NCBI RefSeq assembly: GCF_002571385.2
Contig: NW_019217956.1
Coordinates: 99,812 to 163,811 of the forward strand
From: Stylophora pistillata
Lineage: Eukaryota
Length of the DNA: 64,000 nucleotides
Direction: 5' to 3'
Positions 62,351 to 64,000 of the stretch are shown piece after piece. Made by a program: the position numbers and the translations under genes. The notes beneath the pieces are model-generated. The model was not told where the DNA came from. It saw only the letters and a list, made by a program, of their open reading frames with translations, and searched no databases. Positions within the stretch are counted from its first letter, which is position 1. Each line of letters opens with the position of its first letter.

Positions 62351-63317
62351 TTAGCGCCTCTGCCGCAAGTGAGCCTTCATTTCCTGGATACGATTGGCCA
62401 GCGTTCGGTTTGATGATGCGCATTTCCCAAGAACTAGATCCAGATCCTCCTCGCTCTTCTGAGAAAAAGCTGTTTCTGCCGCATCCTCGAATTTCCTGCG
62501 AACAGAAATGAAACTTAATTGAAACGGGTACATAAAAGTTCATTTTTTCTTGAGACTGACCATCATAAGCATCATAGGCAAATATTCAAAAGGCAATTTT
62601 AGTGAAAATCTTTGTCCATGCGACTCAATTATTCTCAGAGAGAGGTCACGAAAATTCAAAATTGGTTTCAATGGACCTCTTAAGCTGTCACTTATTCCTT
62701 CCTGTGAATGCTAGTCATAACTCTAAGCTCCTTAAAGCGAAAAAGAACAACTCAACAAAAATTTCAGCTTTAAATGAAAAAAAGGAATAAAATAAAATTT
62801 GAAAATCGAAGAATAATAAATAACCTGAAAAGAGGTCGACTTGTTCTATGACCACAGTTCACAAAGTGTCACTGAGTTCTCTATATTTTGGTGATCTGTT
62901 TGTACATTTTGAAGCTACAGGAGAGGCATTCTTGCCTTAGATTTTTTTTGCAGTGTTAGCGAGATTGCAAGCAAGTTGCCTGTGGAACCAAGCAACGACT
63001 GCGAAGAAGGCTACGAAGTTGCTGAGCTGTTTCCGTAAAAATAGAGGCATTCATTTTCGATTTTCTTGCACAGTTTAAAACAGTTTCGCATGGTTTGCTC
63101 TCTCTTTGGAATCCAAAAGGCGTTAAAAAGTAAACTGGTGTACACTTTCTAATGACACGATAAAATTCATAAGGTTTCTAAAGATAGGAAATAAACAAGA
63201 AAGGTTTTCATACCCAAGTTTGACAAAGCAGGCCACTTTGTTCTCTGGTAGAACTCGAGGGACGTATTTTTCTGCCTCAATCCTGTTGTTGAATTCAAGG
63301 CAAGCATCGAAAAATGG
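62351..63317 (-). CDS. VPS16: Vacuolar protein sorting 16 (HOPS/CORVET subunit); last two coding exons
   Basis: Exon 63317-63214 (PFFDACLEFNNRIEAEKYVPRVLPENKVACFVKLG) splices in phase 2 to exon 62495-62351 (KFEDAAETAFSQKSEEDLDLVLGKCASSNRTLANRIQEMKAHLRQRR*). This matches the remembered Vps16 C-terminus. AATAAA on the minus strand at 62291-62296. Confidence 0.85.
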
Positions 63318-64000
63318 CTGCACGAAAGAACAACATAGTTTCAAAATACAGCTACGTTGCCTTTTTTTAGCAACTGGGTATGTCAGTAATAACTTCATAA
63401 CAGGAGGAAATGCGTTGAAAACTAGTTCTTAAAGTCTAATTTTAGCTTAATCCAACAAAATAGCTTGCTGCAGTAAACAAGGAACTAAAACATAGGTAAT
63501 CCCAAAACTAATTATGAGGATTAAACAAGAAGGTGATTTACTCCATTAACAACTGCCTGTTTTGAGGATAACCGGTCGTTTCGCCACTGCATCATTCGCC
63601 AACGAACAGTTCGCCAACGTGTGAGAGATTAAACACATTTTGAGACCACCTCACCTCATATCCTATGGGAGATTTTCGCGTTTTTGAAAACTTGTCCAGT
63701 TCCAGCCATTTTTTACCTTCAGCAAGTGCTCTGACTTTCAGCCAATAAAACCTGAGCAATAAAAAGTATAGAAGATTAATTTAAGGCTAAATTAAACTAT
63801 GTTAAGTTACACGAATGTTCAGCGAAATGCGGGTGAAACTGCCTTATAAACACATTGTTAATCCAGCAAGTTGGTAAACTTTGATTTCATTGATCAAAAG
63901 AAGAAGAAAGGGGGAAAAGAGATGTTATTCAGGGTAAGATATAAGCATACTCGGAGAAAAAGGACTTCGAATACTCCCAGTGGGTGTCGAACTTTCCACC

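Overview
Eukaryotic, intron-rich animal DNA, most consistent with a scleractinian coral, probably Pocilloporidae. This assignment is an inference from recalled repeat families, not a database hit. Three spliced protein genes can be reconstructed by hand: (1) the 3' end of an ARHGAP21/23-like RhoGAP (+, 501-5229); (2) a nearly complete 23-exon semaphorin-5-like receptor (+, 25500-44762; signal peptide-Sema-PSI-4xTSP1-TM-tail); (3) the last two exons of VPS16 (-, 62351-63317). The intergenic DNA is rich in mobile elements. It holds three decayed copies of a Penelope-like (PLE) reverse transcriptase with no GIY-YIG endonuclease after the thumb. The two copies with intact 3' ends share a short hairpin-forming tail followed by ACTGTAAT. 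One copy is split by a MITE with a 3-bp TSD, and two sit inside a long-TIR element with a 9-bp TSD (Mutator-like). The window also contains a TSD-flanked palindrome with two inverted minimal hammerhead-like cores, several MITEs and SINEs, a 24-bp satellite, and a candidate non-coding two-exon host gene with H/ACA-like intronic hairpins. Most short ORFs in the ORF track are spurious.
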